A stretch of 64,000 bases of DNA from Oscillospiraceae bacterium (GTDB taxonomy: Bacteria > Bacillota > Clostridia > Lachnospirales > Lachnospiraceae): contig CAVEOK010000007.1 in the NCBI GenBank assembly GCA_963617415.1, positions 11,692-75,691 on the forward strand. Direction: 5' to 3'. Under the pieces are notes generated by a model. It did no database searches and had not been told where the DNA came from. It saw nothing but the letters and a program-made list of their open reading frames with translations. The stretch's first letter is position 1; each line of letters starts with the position of its first letter. A program made the translations under genes and the position numbers. Of the stretch, positions 46,912 to 55,564 are shown in pieces.

Positions 46912-48951
46912 ATGAAAGAGAAATTTTTTGAGTGGGTGATCAGACTCCGCTTTCCGATTCTGGCTTTTTTTATTCTTGCTGCAATTTCGGGAGCCTTTGC
47001 AAGAGGAATGGTAGGAGTCAATTATGATATGAATGACTATCTTCCAGAGGATTCCCCTTCCACAGTAGCATTGGATAAGATGGAGGCAGAGTTTGACGGA
47101 GCAATTCCCAATGCAAGAGTGGCAATTAAGGATGTAAGCTATGCACAGGCACTTGCCTGCAAGGAGAAGCTGGAAGCAATCGATGGGGTAGAGTCAGTCA
47201 GCTGGCTGGATGACATCAATTACCTCAACAGTCCCCTTGAGGCTTTAGATGAAGAAGATGTGGAAAGCTATTATAAGGATACTGTAGCTTTATATACCGT
47301 AACCATCGAGGAGGATCATATCAATGACGCCGTGCCGGCAATCAGAGAGCTGATCGGGGATGACAATGCCATGACAGGCAGTGCAGTCAGTACGGCAGTT
47401 GCAACCACTAGTACAGTCAATGAAGTGAAAAAAATCTCTGTCATTGCGGTTCTGCTTGTCTTTCTGATCTTAATCCTGACAACCGGCTCCTGGCTGGAAC
47501 CGGTGATCGTTCTTTTTGGAATCGGTGTTGCAGTGATGATCAATTCCGGCTCCAATCTGATCTTCGGAGAGATTTCCTTCGTTACCAATGCAGCGGGAAA
47601 TATATTGCAGCTGGCGGTTTCCCTGGATTATTCCATCTTCCTGATCCATCGTTTTCAAGAATTGAATGCAGAATATCATGATCCGAAGAAGGCGATGAAG
47701 CTGGCCCTCTGCAGATCAACCGCATCGATTCTGTCCAGCGGACTGACAACGGTAATTGGGTTTTTGGCACTGCTCTTTATGCGCTTTCAGATTGGTCCGG
47801 ATCTGGGAAGGGCTCTTGCAAAGGGAATCAGTATCAGTCTCTTGACGGTATTCCTTTTTATGCCGGGTGTGATCCTGATCAGCTATAAAGGAATTGAAAA
47901 GACGAAGCACAAGCCCTTCCTACCGTCATTTGAAAAATTCGGAAAGTTGGTAAGCAGGATAAGCATCCCTCTGGCCATTGTTTTTTGCATTATTATGATT
48001 CCGGCCTTCTATTTGAGTAATCAGAATAGCTTTTATTACGGATCTTCCCATATTTTTGCTGCCGGAACGCAGTATGGAGATGATACAGCTTTTATCGAGG
48101 ATACCTTTGGAATTAAGGATACCTATGTCCTGATGGTGCCGAAAGGAGATAATAAGTCGGAAAGAGCCCTGTGTGAAGAATTGGATGAGATGGATTCTAT
48201 TATTTCCATTACTTCTCTTACAGAAATACTGGGGCCGGGCATTCCGACAGAGATTCTCCCGGACAGCATTCTGGAAAAGCTACAAAGTGACAATTACGAC
48301 AGGATGGTCATCTCTGTGAGTGAAGCTTACGAAGGAGATGAGACTTTTGCTTTGGTAGAAAAGATCCGTTCTCTTGCAAAGAGTTATTATGGGGAGGAGT
48401 ATTATCTGGCAGGTCAGGGCGTAAGTACCTATGATCTGATGGATACGATCACAGCCGATATGTTCAAGGTCAATCTGGTTGCGATCGGAGCCGTTTTCCT
48501 GGTTTTGATTCTGACCATGCGCAAGCTGATCACACCGGTTGTTCTGGTATTGACGATTGAAACGGCAATCTGGATCAATCTGACCATTCCCTATCTGCAG
48601 CAGAAACCGCTTTTCTATATTGCCTATCTGATCATCAGCTCGGTTCAGCTGGGTGCGACCGTGGATTACGCAATCCTCTTCTCGGAACGTTATAAGGAAA
48701 GCAGGCAAAGTCTGGGCAAGAAGGAGAGCATTGTAGAAAGTATTTCGAAGACGACGATTTCCATGCTGACCTCCGGTCTGACAATGACTATCGTCGGCTT
48801 CTTGCTGGGTGTGATCTCAACGCATGGACTTTTGTCCCAGCTGGGGTATCTTCTGGGAAAGGGAACCATCTGTTCTTTGATCAGTGTTCTGTTTGTTTTG
48901 CCGGGAATGCTTTATTTGACAGATCGGAAAAGAGCAAACAAAAAGAGTTGA
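46912..48951 (+). CDS. MMPL / RND-superfamily membrane transporter
   Basis: Two bundles of about 6 TM segments separated by large extracytoplasmic domains, 679 aa, typical MMPL architecture. Confidence 0.8.
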   Translation: MKEKFFEWVIRLRFPILAFFILAAISGAFARGMVGVNYDMNDYLPEDSPSTVALDKMEAEFDGAIPNARVAIKDVSYAQALACKEKLEAIDGVESVSWLDDINYLNSPLEALDEEDVESYYKDTVALYTVTIEEDHINDAVPAIRELIGDDNAMTGSAVSTAVATTSTVNEVKKISVIAVLLVFLILILTTGSWLEPVIVLFGIGVAVMINSGSNLIFGEISFVTNAAGNILQLAVSLDYSIFLIHRFQELNAEYHDPKKAMKLALCRSTASILSSGLTTVIGFLALLFMRFQIGPDLGRALAKGISISLLTVFLFMPGVILISYKGIEKTKHKPFLPSFEKFGKLVSRISIPLAIVFCIIMIPAFYLSNQNSFYYGSSHIFAAGTQYGDDTAFIEDTFGIKDTYVLMVPKGDNKSERALCEELDEMDSIISITSLTEILGPGIPTEILPDSILEKLQSDNYDRMVISVSEAYEGDETFALVEKIRSLAKSYYGEEYYLAGQGVSTYDLMDTITADMFKVNLVAIGAVFLVLILTMRKLITPVVLVLTIETAIWINLTIPYLQQKPLFYIAYLIISSVQLGATVDYAILFSERYKESRQSLGKKESIVESISKTTISMLTSGLTMTIVGFLLGVISTHGLLSQLGYLLGKGTICSLISVLFVLPGMLYLTDRKRANKKS

Positions 48952-48975
48952 CTTTTATGAGCATGATGGTATAAT
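48948..48975 (+). promoter_or_regulatory. candidate promoter for the sulfur-assimilation cluster
   Basis: TTGACT (48948-48953), 16 nt, then an extended -10 TGgTATAAT (48967-48975). Confidence 0.45.
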
Positions 48976-49049
48976 CAAAAGAAATTCGAGTAAACCTACA
49001 GAAATGGTAGGATAAACAGGAAACAAAGCGAAAGACCAAGGAAGACAGC

Positions 49050-50009
49050 ATGAAGTATGACTTACTGATCGTCGGCAGCGGTCCGGCCGGACTTAGCGCA
49101 GCGGTATACGGAAAAAGAGCAAATCTGAAGCTGGCAGTTGTGGAAAAAGAGTATGAAGGAAGCGGCCAGATTGCAGAAAGCGGAAAAGTGGATAACTATT
49201 TAGGCCTTCAGGGGATAAGCGGCTATGATCTTGGTGAAAAATTCCGGGAGCATGCTATAAGTCTGGGAACAGAATTCCTTGAGAAAGAAGTGAACCGGCT
49301 GGAAGTCCTCTATGAAGAGGATGGTCAGAAGGTGAAGGGCTATCGGCTGACCTTTAGTGATCAGACAAGTGCAGAAAGCAGAGCAGTGATCTATGCGGCG
49401 GGAGCCTACCCCAGACGGTCGCAGATCAAGGGAGAGGAACTTTACAGCGGAAAGGGAGTTTCCTACTGCGCAATCTGTGACGGTGCTTTTTGCAGAGGAA
49501 AAAATGCCGCTGTTCTGGGCGGAGGAGACAGTGCTTTGGATGATGCCCTTTATCTTTCCGAAAATGCCGAAAAGGTTTATCTGATCCATAGGAGAGACAG
49601 CTTCCGCGGAGCCGAGAGCAGCCTGGAACTGGTAAAGAGCAGGGAGAATATCGAGTTGATCCTGAAGGAAAGCGTAGAGGAATTTCTCGGAGAGAAGAAG
49701 CTGTCGGCGATTCGTCTTGGCAGCGGAAGAATTCTGGAGGTCAGCGGAGCCTTTGTTGCCTATGGCTCATTACCCCAGAACGAGCCGGTCAAAGGATTGG
49801 TTCAGCTGGATCCGGCAGGATATATCCTGGCTCCGGAATCCGGAGAAGCGCTAAAAGCTTTATCCGGAGAAATACTTGAAGGATTTTATGCAGCGGGAGA
49901 TATCAGGAGCAAGAAGCTTCGTCAGCTGGTAACGGCTGTTTCAGACGGAGCGAATGCAGCGACAGCCGCTGCTGACTATATCAAGCAAAAAGGAAGCACG
50001 AAAGAATGA
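49050..50009 (+). CDS. thioredoxin-disulfide reductase-like flavoprotein
   Basis: GSGPAGLSAA FAD site, redox-active CAICDG, and a second GGGDSALDDA Rossmann fold. Confidence 0.85.
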   Translation: MKYDLLIVGSGPAGLSAAVYGKRANLKLAVVEKEYEGSGQIAESGKVDNYLGLQGISGYDLGEKFREHAISLGTEFLEKEVNRLEVLYEEDGQKVKGYRLTFSDQTSAESRAVIYAAGAYPRRSQIKGEELYSGKGVSYCAICDGAFCRGKNAAVLGGGDSALDDALYLSENAEKVYLIHRRDSFRGAESSLELVKSRENIELILKESVEEFLGEKKLSAIRLGSGRILEVSGAFVAYGSLPQNEPVKGLVQLDPAGYILAPESGEALKALSGEILEGFYAAGDIRSKKLRQLVTAVSDGANAATAAADYIKQKGSTKE

Positions 50010-51238
50010 GATTCAATACGAGCCTGCTTCATGCGGGATTGGAAAAAGAAAACAGAGGAGCGACCCTTACGCCTATTTATCAGAATTCCGCCTTTGAACA
50101 GGAAAGTGCAGCAGATCTGGAAGGGATTTTTGAAAACAAAAGGCCGGGCTACTGCTACAGCAGGGTTGGCAATCCGACAGTTGCTGCTTTTGAAAATCGG
50201 ATCAGCAGGCTGGAGGGCGGAATTGCTTCCATTGCCTGTGCCTCCGGTATGGCGGCTCTGACCAACGCCTGTCTTGGCATTCTGCAGAGCGGAGATGAGA
50301 TTGTCGCTTCCTCCAGTCTTTACGGAGGCAGCATAGATCTCTTTCATGACATAGAAGCCTTCGGCATTAAAACAAGCTATGTAAAATCCAATGATTTTGA
50401 AGGCTTTGAGAAGGCAATTAATGAGCATACCAGACTGATCTTTGCGGAAACCATCGGAAATCCCTGTCTGGATGTGACAGATATCAAGGCTTTGGCAGAG
50501 CTTGCACATAGACATGGACTGCCATTGATCATCGACAATACAACGGCAACAAATTATCTGATCCGGCCGATTGAGCAGGGAGCGGATATTGTAATTAATT
50601 CCTCTTCCAAATATATCAATGGAAGCAGCAATTCCATCAGCGGCATTCTGACGGACAGCGGCCACTTTAAATGGAACTTTGAACGTTATCCGGGACTGAA
50701 GGATTACAGAAAGTTCGGACCGATGGCTTATATCGCCAAGCTGAGGAACAGTCTTTTTCGAAATATGGGAGCCTGTCTGGCACCCATGAATGCCTATCTG
50801 AATCTGATCGGTCTGGAAACTTTGGGACTTCGTATGGAGAGGCAGTGCCGGAATGCATTGGATCTTGCAGAGTGGCTGGAAAAGAGCTATCCGGAGCTGA
50901 AGGTCAATTATCCGGGGCTGGAAAGCAGTCCCTGGCATGAGATCGCGGAAAAAGAGCTGCAGAATGGATACGGAGCAATCCTTACCATAAGGGCAGGAAG
51001 CAAGGAAAAGGCCTTTGCTCTGATTGACCGCTTGAAGCTTCCTTACACCCTTTCAAATGTAGGGGATACGAAGACTCTGGTCCTTCATCCGGCTTCTACC
51101 ATCAGCCTTCATAGTACAGAGAAGGAAAAGGAGGATGCCGGAGTCTATGGGGATCTGATCCGGGTCAGCGTCGGAATAGAAGATCTGGAGGATTTGAAGG
51201 AAGATTTTGCTCAGGCAATTCAAGGGCTGGATGCTTAA
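50006..51238 (+). CDS. O-acetylhomoserine sulfhydrylase-type PLP enzyme (MetY/Cys-Met metabolism family)
   Basis: YSRVGNPT and SSSKYINGS (PLP Lys). ATGA overlap with the upstream gene. Confidence 0.85.
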   Translation: MRFNTSLLHAGLEKENRGATLTPIYQNSAFEQESAADLEGIFENKRPGYCYSRVGNPTVAAFENRISRLEGGIASIACASGMAALTNACLGILQSGDEIVASSSLYGGSIDLFHDIEAFGIKTSYVKSNDFEGFEKAINEHTRLIFAETIGNPCLDVTDIKALAELAHRHGLPLIIDNTTATNYLIRPIEQGADIVINSSSKYINGSSNSISGILTDSGHFKWNFERYPGLKDYRKFGPMAYIAKLRNSLFRNMGACLAPMNAYLNLIGLETLGLRMERQCRNALDLAEWLEKSYPELKVNYPGLESSPWHEIAEKELQNGYGAILTIRAGSKEKAFALIDRLKLPYTLSNVGDTKTLVLHPASTISLHSTEKEKEDAGVYGDLIRVSVGIEDLEDLKEDFAQAIQGLDA

Positions 51239-51278
51239 GAAAGTAAAGCAATTTAGGTAAAGGTATAAGGTAATAAAG

Positions 51279-52154
51279 ATGGCAGGAAAAATTGATTATT
51301 CGGCATTAAAAAAGGGCGGTTTCATGAGGCAGAAGCAGAAGGGCTGCTTTTCCTTAAGACTGGCTGTAGTCGGAGGCAATCTGACCGCTGAGAATATTAA
51401 GACAGTGGCAGAGGTTGCAGAAAAATACGGAGAGGGCTATGTGCATATGACCTCCCGTCAGGGAATCGAGATTCCCTTCATTCATGTAGAGGATATTGAT
51501 GAGGTGAAGGCGGCGCTGGCTGCGGGAGGCGTCAATACAGGTGTCTGCGGTCCCAGAGTCAGAACCATTACCGCCTGTCAGGGAGCGGAGATCTGCCCCA
51601 GCGGATGTATCGATACCTATACCCTGGCCAAGGAGCTGAATGAGCGTTATTTCGGAAGAGAGCTGCCCCATAAATTTAAATTCGGCGTAACAGGATGCCA
51701 GAATAACTGTCTGAAGGCAGAGGAGAATGACGTCGGCATTAAGGGCGGTATGGCAGTTTCCTGTAAGGAAGAGGACTGCATTTCCTGCGGCGTCTGTATC
51801 AAGGCCTGTCGGGAGGGTGCACTTCGCATGGAGGATGGAAAGGTACTTCTGGATCCGTCCAAATGCAATCATTGTGCCCGCTGTGTAAAGAGCTGTCCGA
51901 CAGATGCCTGGGTTGGAAAACCCGGATACATTGTTTCTTTCGGAGGAACTTTTGGCAACCATATCTACAAGGGCGAGGAAATCGTTCCTTTGATTCCAGA
52001 TAAGGAAACGCTTTTCCGCGTGACGGATGCAGCAATTGAATTTTTTGAAGAAAATGCCAATCCGAGCGAGCGCTTCCGGAAGACCTTAGAGAGGATCGGA
52101 ACGGAAGGCTTAAAAGAAAAAATCTGGAAGGCTTATGAAGGCAAAGAAGAATAG
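51279..52154 (+). CDS. small siroheme-type sulfite/nitrite reductase fused to a 2x[4Fe-4S] ferredoxin domain
   Basis: Siroheme/Fe-S coupling cysteines CQGAEICPSG (C-x5-C) and GCQNNC (C-x3-C). Ferredoxin motifs CISCGVCIKAC and CNHCARCVKSCP. Confidence 0.8.
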   Translation: MAGKIDYSALKKGGFMRQKQKGCFSLRLAVVGGNLTAENIKTVAEVAEKYGEGYVHMTSRQGIEIPFIHVEDIDEVKAALAAGGVNTGVCGPRVRTITACQGAEICPSGCIDTYTLAKELNERYFGRELPHKFKFGVTGCQNNCLKAEENDVGIKGGMAVSCKEEDCISCGVCIKACREGALRMEDGKVLLDPSKCNHCARCVKSCPTDAWVGKPGYIVSFGGTFGNHIYKGEEIVPLIPDKETLFRVTDAAIEFFEENANPSERFRKTLERIGTEGLKEKIWKAYEGKEE

Positions 52155-52195
52155 GAAAGAATAGAAAAGAAAATCGCAGGCAAAGGAGAAGAAAA

Positions 52196-52441
52196 ATGGC
52201 AGAGATTACATTTGATGATCAGGTAGATATTACAGATAAGGTTTGCCCCCTTACCTTTGTAAAGGCAAAGGTAGCAATCGAAGAGCTGGAGGACGGAGAG
52301 GTTCTTGCCATCCGTATGAATGACGGAGAGCCGGTACAGAATGTACCCAGAAGCATGAAGGAGGAAGGACATAAGATCCTGAAGCTGGAAGATAATGAGG
52401 ATGGAACCTACACACTTTATGTAAGAAAGGTGGAAGAATAG
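52196..52441 (+). CDS. TusA-like sulfurtransferase
   Basis: DITDKVCPLTFVKAK conserved Cys-Pro motif, 81 aa. Confidence 0.85.
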   Translation: MAEITFDDQVDITDKVCPLTFVKAKVAIEELEDGEVLAIRMNDGEPVQNVPRSMKEEGHKILKLEDNEDGTYTLYVRKVEE

Positions 52442-52764
52442 TGGCTGCACGTATTTCAAAGAATGATTTTGAGGAAAAGGTACTGAAAAGCCAGCTTCCG
52501 GTCATTGTGGATTTTTATTCGGATTCCTGCGTTGCCTGCAAGAAGCTGGCACCGGTTCTGGGAGATCTGGAGGATAATTATGAGGACAAGCTTCTTGTTT
52601 ATAAGCTGAATACCAATTTTGACGGAGAGCTGGCAGAAGAATATGAGGTAACAGCAAATCCGACCCTGATTCTCTTTCTTGAGGGAGAAGAAAAGGCGAG
52701 AAGAGTAGGCCCGGCAAAGCCGGCAGAGCTTGAAGCCTGGCTTAAGGATGCGATCGGAGAATAA
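52441..52764 (+). CDS. thioredoxin-fold protein with an atypical CVAC active site
   Basis: VIVDFYSDSCVACKKLAP replaces the canonical WCGPC. GTG start sharing one nt with the TusA stop (TAGTG). AAAGGTGGA RBS. Confidence 0.75.
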   Translation: MAARISKNDFEEKVLKSQLPVIVDFYSDSCVACKKLAPVLGDLEDNYEDKLLVYKLNTNFDGELAEEYEVTANPTLILFLEGEEKARRVGPAKPAELEAWLKDAIGE

Positions 52765-52851
52765 GCAGAGAAAAAGTGCCGGATCACCGGCGCAAGGAAT
52801 GACAGAAGAGGCTGCCAAATTCGAAAAAGGCAGAGAAAAGAGGAGAAAAAG

Positions 52852-53058
52852 ATGATCATTACAGTAGCAGGAGAGAAGAAGGAAGTAAAGGAAGGACTGA
52901 GCTTACCGGAGCTGATCGAGCAGGAAAATGTAGAAATGCCGGAGTATGTAACGGTAACGATCAATGATGAATTTGTTCCGACAGAGGAGAAGGCAACAAG
53001 AGTATTAAAGGAAGGCGATACCGTTGAATTCCTTTATTTCATGGGAGGTGGATGCTAA
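52852..53058 (+). CDS. ThiS/MoaD-family sulfur-carrier protein with a capped C-terminus (…GGGC)
   Basis: 68 aa, beta-grasp-like pattern, ending FLYFMGGGC. The di-Gly is followed by one Cys before the stop. Confidence 0.8.
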   Translation: MIITVAGEKKEVKEGLSLPELIEQENVEMPEYVTVTINDEFVPTEEKATRVLKEGDTVEFLYFMGGGC

Positions 53059-53891
53059 TGGCATTGACAGATGAGCAGATTGAACGCTATTCCAGACATA
53101 TTATATTAAAAGAAATCGGTGCGAAGGGCCAGAAAAAGCTCTTAAATGCCAAGGTTTTGATCATTGGAGCCGGCGGATTGGGAGCACCTGCAGCTATGTA
53201 TCTTGCGGCAGCAGGCGTGGGTACCATCGGTATTGTAGATGCAGATGAGGTGGATCTTTCCAATCTGCAGCGTCAGATCATTCATTCGACAGCAGATATC
53301 GGGAAGGCAAAGGTCAAATCAGCCAAGGAAACCATCAATGACATGAATCCGGATGTAGAGGTGAAGACTTATCGTCTTTTTGTGGATTCTACTAATATCC
53401 AGGAGCTGATCCGTGAGTATGACTTTATCATAGACGGAACCGACAACTTCCCGGCAAAATTTCTGATCAATGATGCCTGTGTTATCGAGAAGAAGCCCTT
53501 CTCCCATGCAGGAATTATTCGCTTCAAGGGACAGCTGATGACCTATGTTCCGGGAGAAGGCCCCTGCTACCGCTGTGTATTCAAGAATCCGCCGCCCAAG
53601 GATGCAGTACCTACCTGCAAGCAGGCAGGTGTAATCGGCGCTATGGGAGGTATCATCGGTTCTCTGCAGGCCTTAGAGGCAATTAAGTATATTACGGGTG
53701 TGGGTGATCTTTTGACCGGTAATCTGATGACCTTTGATGCCATTGATATGAATTTCCATAAGATCAAGCTGCCCAAGGCATCCTGCAATTGTCCGGTCTG
53801 CGGTGAGCATCCGACGATTTTGGTCCCCTTTGATTATGAGCAGGAGGTATGCGAAGAAACCGCTTCCCGCTTTGAAGCACCGCGTTCATGA
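53052..53891 (+). CDS. ThiF/MoeB/HesA-family E1-like adenylyltransferase
   Basis: RYSRHIILKEIG, IIGAGGLGAP and DGTDNF motifs. Zn cysteines CYRC and CNCPVC. Overlaps the carrier gene by 7 nt. Confidence 0.9.
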   Translation: MLMALTDEQIERYSRHIILKEIGAKGQKKLLNAKVLIIGAGGLGAPAAMYLAAAGVGTIGIVDADEVDLSNLQRQIIHSTADIGKAKVKSAKETINDMNPDVEVKTYRLFVDSTNIQELIREYDFIIDGTDNFPAKFLINDACVIEKKPFSHAGIIRFKGQLMTYVPGEGPCYRCVFKNPPPKDAVPTCKQAGVIGAMGGIIGSLQALEAIKYITGVGDLLTGNLMTFDAIDMNFHKIKLPKASCNCPVCGEHPTILVPFDYEQEVCEETASRFEAPRS

Positions 53892-54331
53892 GGTTAGCTA
53901 TGGGAATTATCAGAATGGACTATCATCTTTATGATGATGTGGTAAAATATGCAAAAGAACATCTTCCGGAGGAAGCCTGCGGTCTGATCGCAGGCGAGGA
54001 AGGAGAGGAGGGCAGGCTGATCAAAAAGGTCTATTATCTGACCAATACCGATCATGCAGAAGATCATTTCAGCATGGATCCGGCAGAACAGCTTGCGGCA
54101 ATTAAGGATATGAGAGCAAATGGCCTAAAGCCTCTGGGCAACTGGCATTCTCATCCGGAATCCCCTTCCAGACCGTCTGTGGAGGACATTAAGCTTGCCT
54201 ATGATCCCAAAGCCAGCTATATGATTTTATCCCTGATGGCAGACAATCCGGTTTTTCATTCTTTCCATATTGAAAAAGGAGAGGTTACTAAGGAAGATCT
54301 TAGAATCTACTCTGAGGAATATTATTACTAG
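53888..54331 (+). CDS. JAMM/MPN+ (Mov34) metalloprotease
   Basis: EACG Glu and an exact JAMM motif HSHPESPSRPSVED (HxHx7Sx2D). ATGA overlap with the E1 gene. Confidence 0.9.
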   Translation: MRLAMGIIRMDYHLYDDVVKYAKEHLPEEACGLIAGEEGEEGRLIKKVYYLTNTDHAEDHFSMDPAEQLAAIKDMRANGLKPLGNWHSHPESPSRPSVEDIKLAYDPKASYMILSLMADNPVFHSFHIEKGEVTKEDLRIYSEEYYY

Positions 54332-54400
54332 GGATATGCTGATTTGGACAGTGTATCCTTAGCAGCCCTAAGTAAATGCTGATGGGAATAAGGTGAAACA

Positions 54401-55534
54401 ATGGCGGTAAATCAAAAAAGACTGGTCAGCCGGTTTATAGAGCTTACAAAAATCGATTCTCTGTCATTTTCCGAAAGGAAGATGGCAGATTATTTAATGC
54501 AGAAGGGAAAAGAGCTGGGCATTTCCTTCAAGGAGGATGATGCGGCAGAGAAGATCGGCGGCAATGCCGGCAATCTTTATGCTTTCGTTGAGGGAAGCAT
54601 GGAAGATGCGAAAAATCTTCTTTTTATGGCACATATGGATACGGTTGTTCCGGGCATTGGCAAAAAGGCTGTGATCCATGAGGATGGAAGGATCAGCTCA
54701 GACGGAAGCACTGTTCTCGGTGCAGATGATGCAGCTGCAATTGCCGTGATTCTGGAGGCTTATCAGGAGATAAAGGAGGAAGGACTTCCTCATCATCATC
54801 TGAGTTTTCTTTTTCCGGCGGCAGAGGAAGCCTATACGGAGGGCATGTCTGCCTTTGATCTGGAGCTTTTGCCGAAGATTGACCGGGCCTATGTACCGGA
54901 CTGCAGTGACTGCCAGGGAACTTATTCTGCCTGTGAGCCGACTCTGCTTTCTTTTGAAATCAGCATCTATGGAAGGGCAGCGCATGCAGGATTTGATCCG
55001 GAAAAGGGAATTCACAGCATTGCGGCAGCAGCTGCAGCTATCAGCCGGCTGAAGCAGGGACATGTCAATGACTATACGACACTGAATATCGGTATGATCG
55101 AGGGTGGAAGTGCCAAAAATATCGTGCCGGAAAAATGCAGTGTGAAGGGTGAAATTCGCTGCAGCATTCATGAAGAAGCGTTGGCTCTCTACGAGAAAAT
55201 GCTTTCTCTTTTTCAGGAGGAGGCTGAGAAGGTTGGCGGAAGGGCGGAAGGCCGGATGAAGATTCACCTGACGGCTTACCGGGTAGAAGAGGATGAGGAA
55301 GGTCTGCTTGCCCTAAAGGAAGCACTGGAGGCCCAGAAACTGGAGCTTTTGCCCAAGGAATCCTTCGGGGGAAGTGACAACAATGTCCTGAGAAGAAAGG
55401 GCATCAAGGGACTCTGTATTGCCAATGCCATGCATGAGATCCATACGACTGGGGAATACAGCAGCATAGAGGAGCTTGTGCAGGAAACAGAGATTGTAAA
55501 ATATCTGATGACGCATGAAAAGCAGCTTCTCTAA
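54401..55534 (+). CDS. M20/M25/M40-family metallopeptidase (peptidase-T / ArgE-like)
   Basis: FMAHMDTV and GADDAAAIA metal-site motifs, and HAG in the dimerisation-domain region. Confidence 0.8.
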   Translation: MAVNQKRLVSRFIELTKIDSLSFSERKMADYLMQKGKELGISFKEDDAAEKIGGNAGNLYAFVEGSMEDAKNLLFMAHMDTVVPGIGKKAVIHEDGRISSDGSTVLGADDAAAIAVILEAYQEIKEEGLPHHHLSFLFPAAEEAYTEGMSAFDLELLPKIDRAYVPDCSDCQGTYSACEPTLLSFEISIYGRAAHAGFDPEKGIHSIAAAAAAISRLKQGHVNDYTTLNIGMIEGGSAKNIVPEKCSVKGEIRCSIHEEALALYEKMLSLFQEEAEKVGGRAEGRMKIHLTAYRVEEDEEGLLALKEALEAQKLELLPKESFGGSDNNVLRRKGIKGLCIANAMHEIHTTGEYSSIEELVQETEIVKYLMTHEKQLL

Positions 55535-55564
55535 AAGAAGACAGACTGTCCTGCAGAGATTCTT

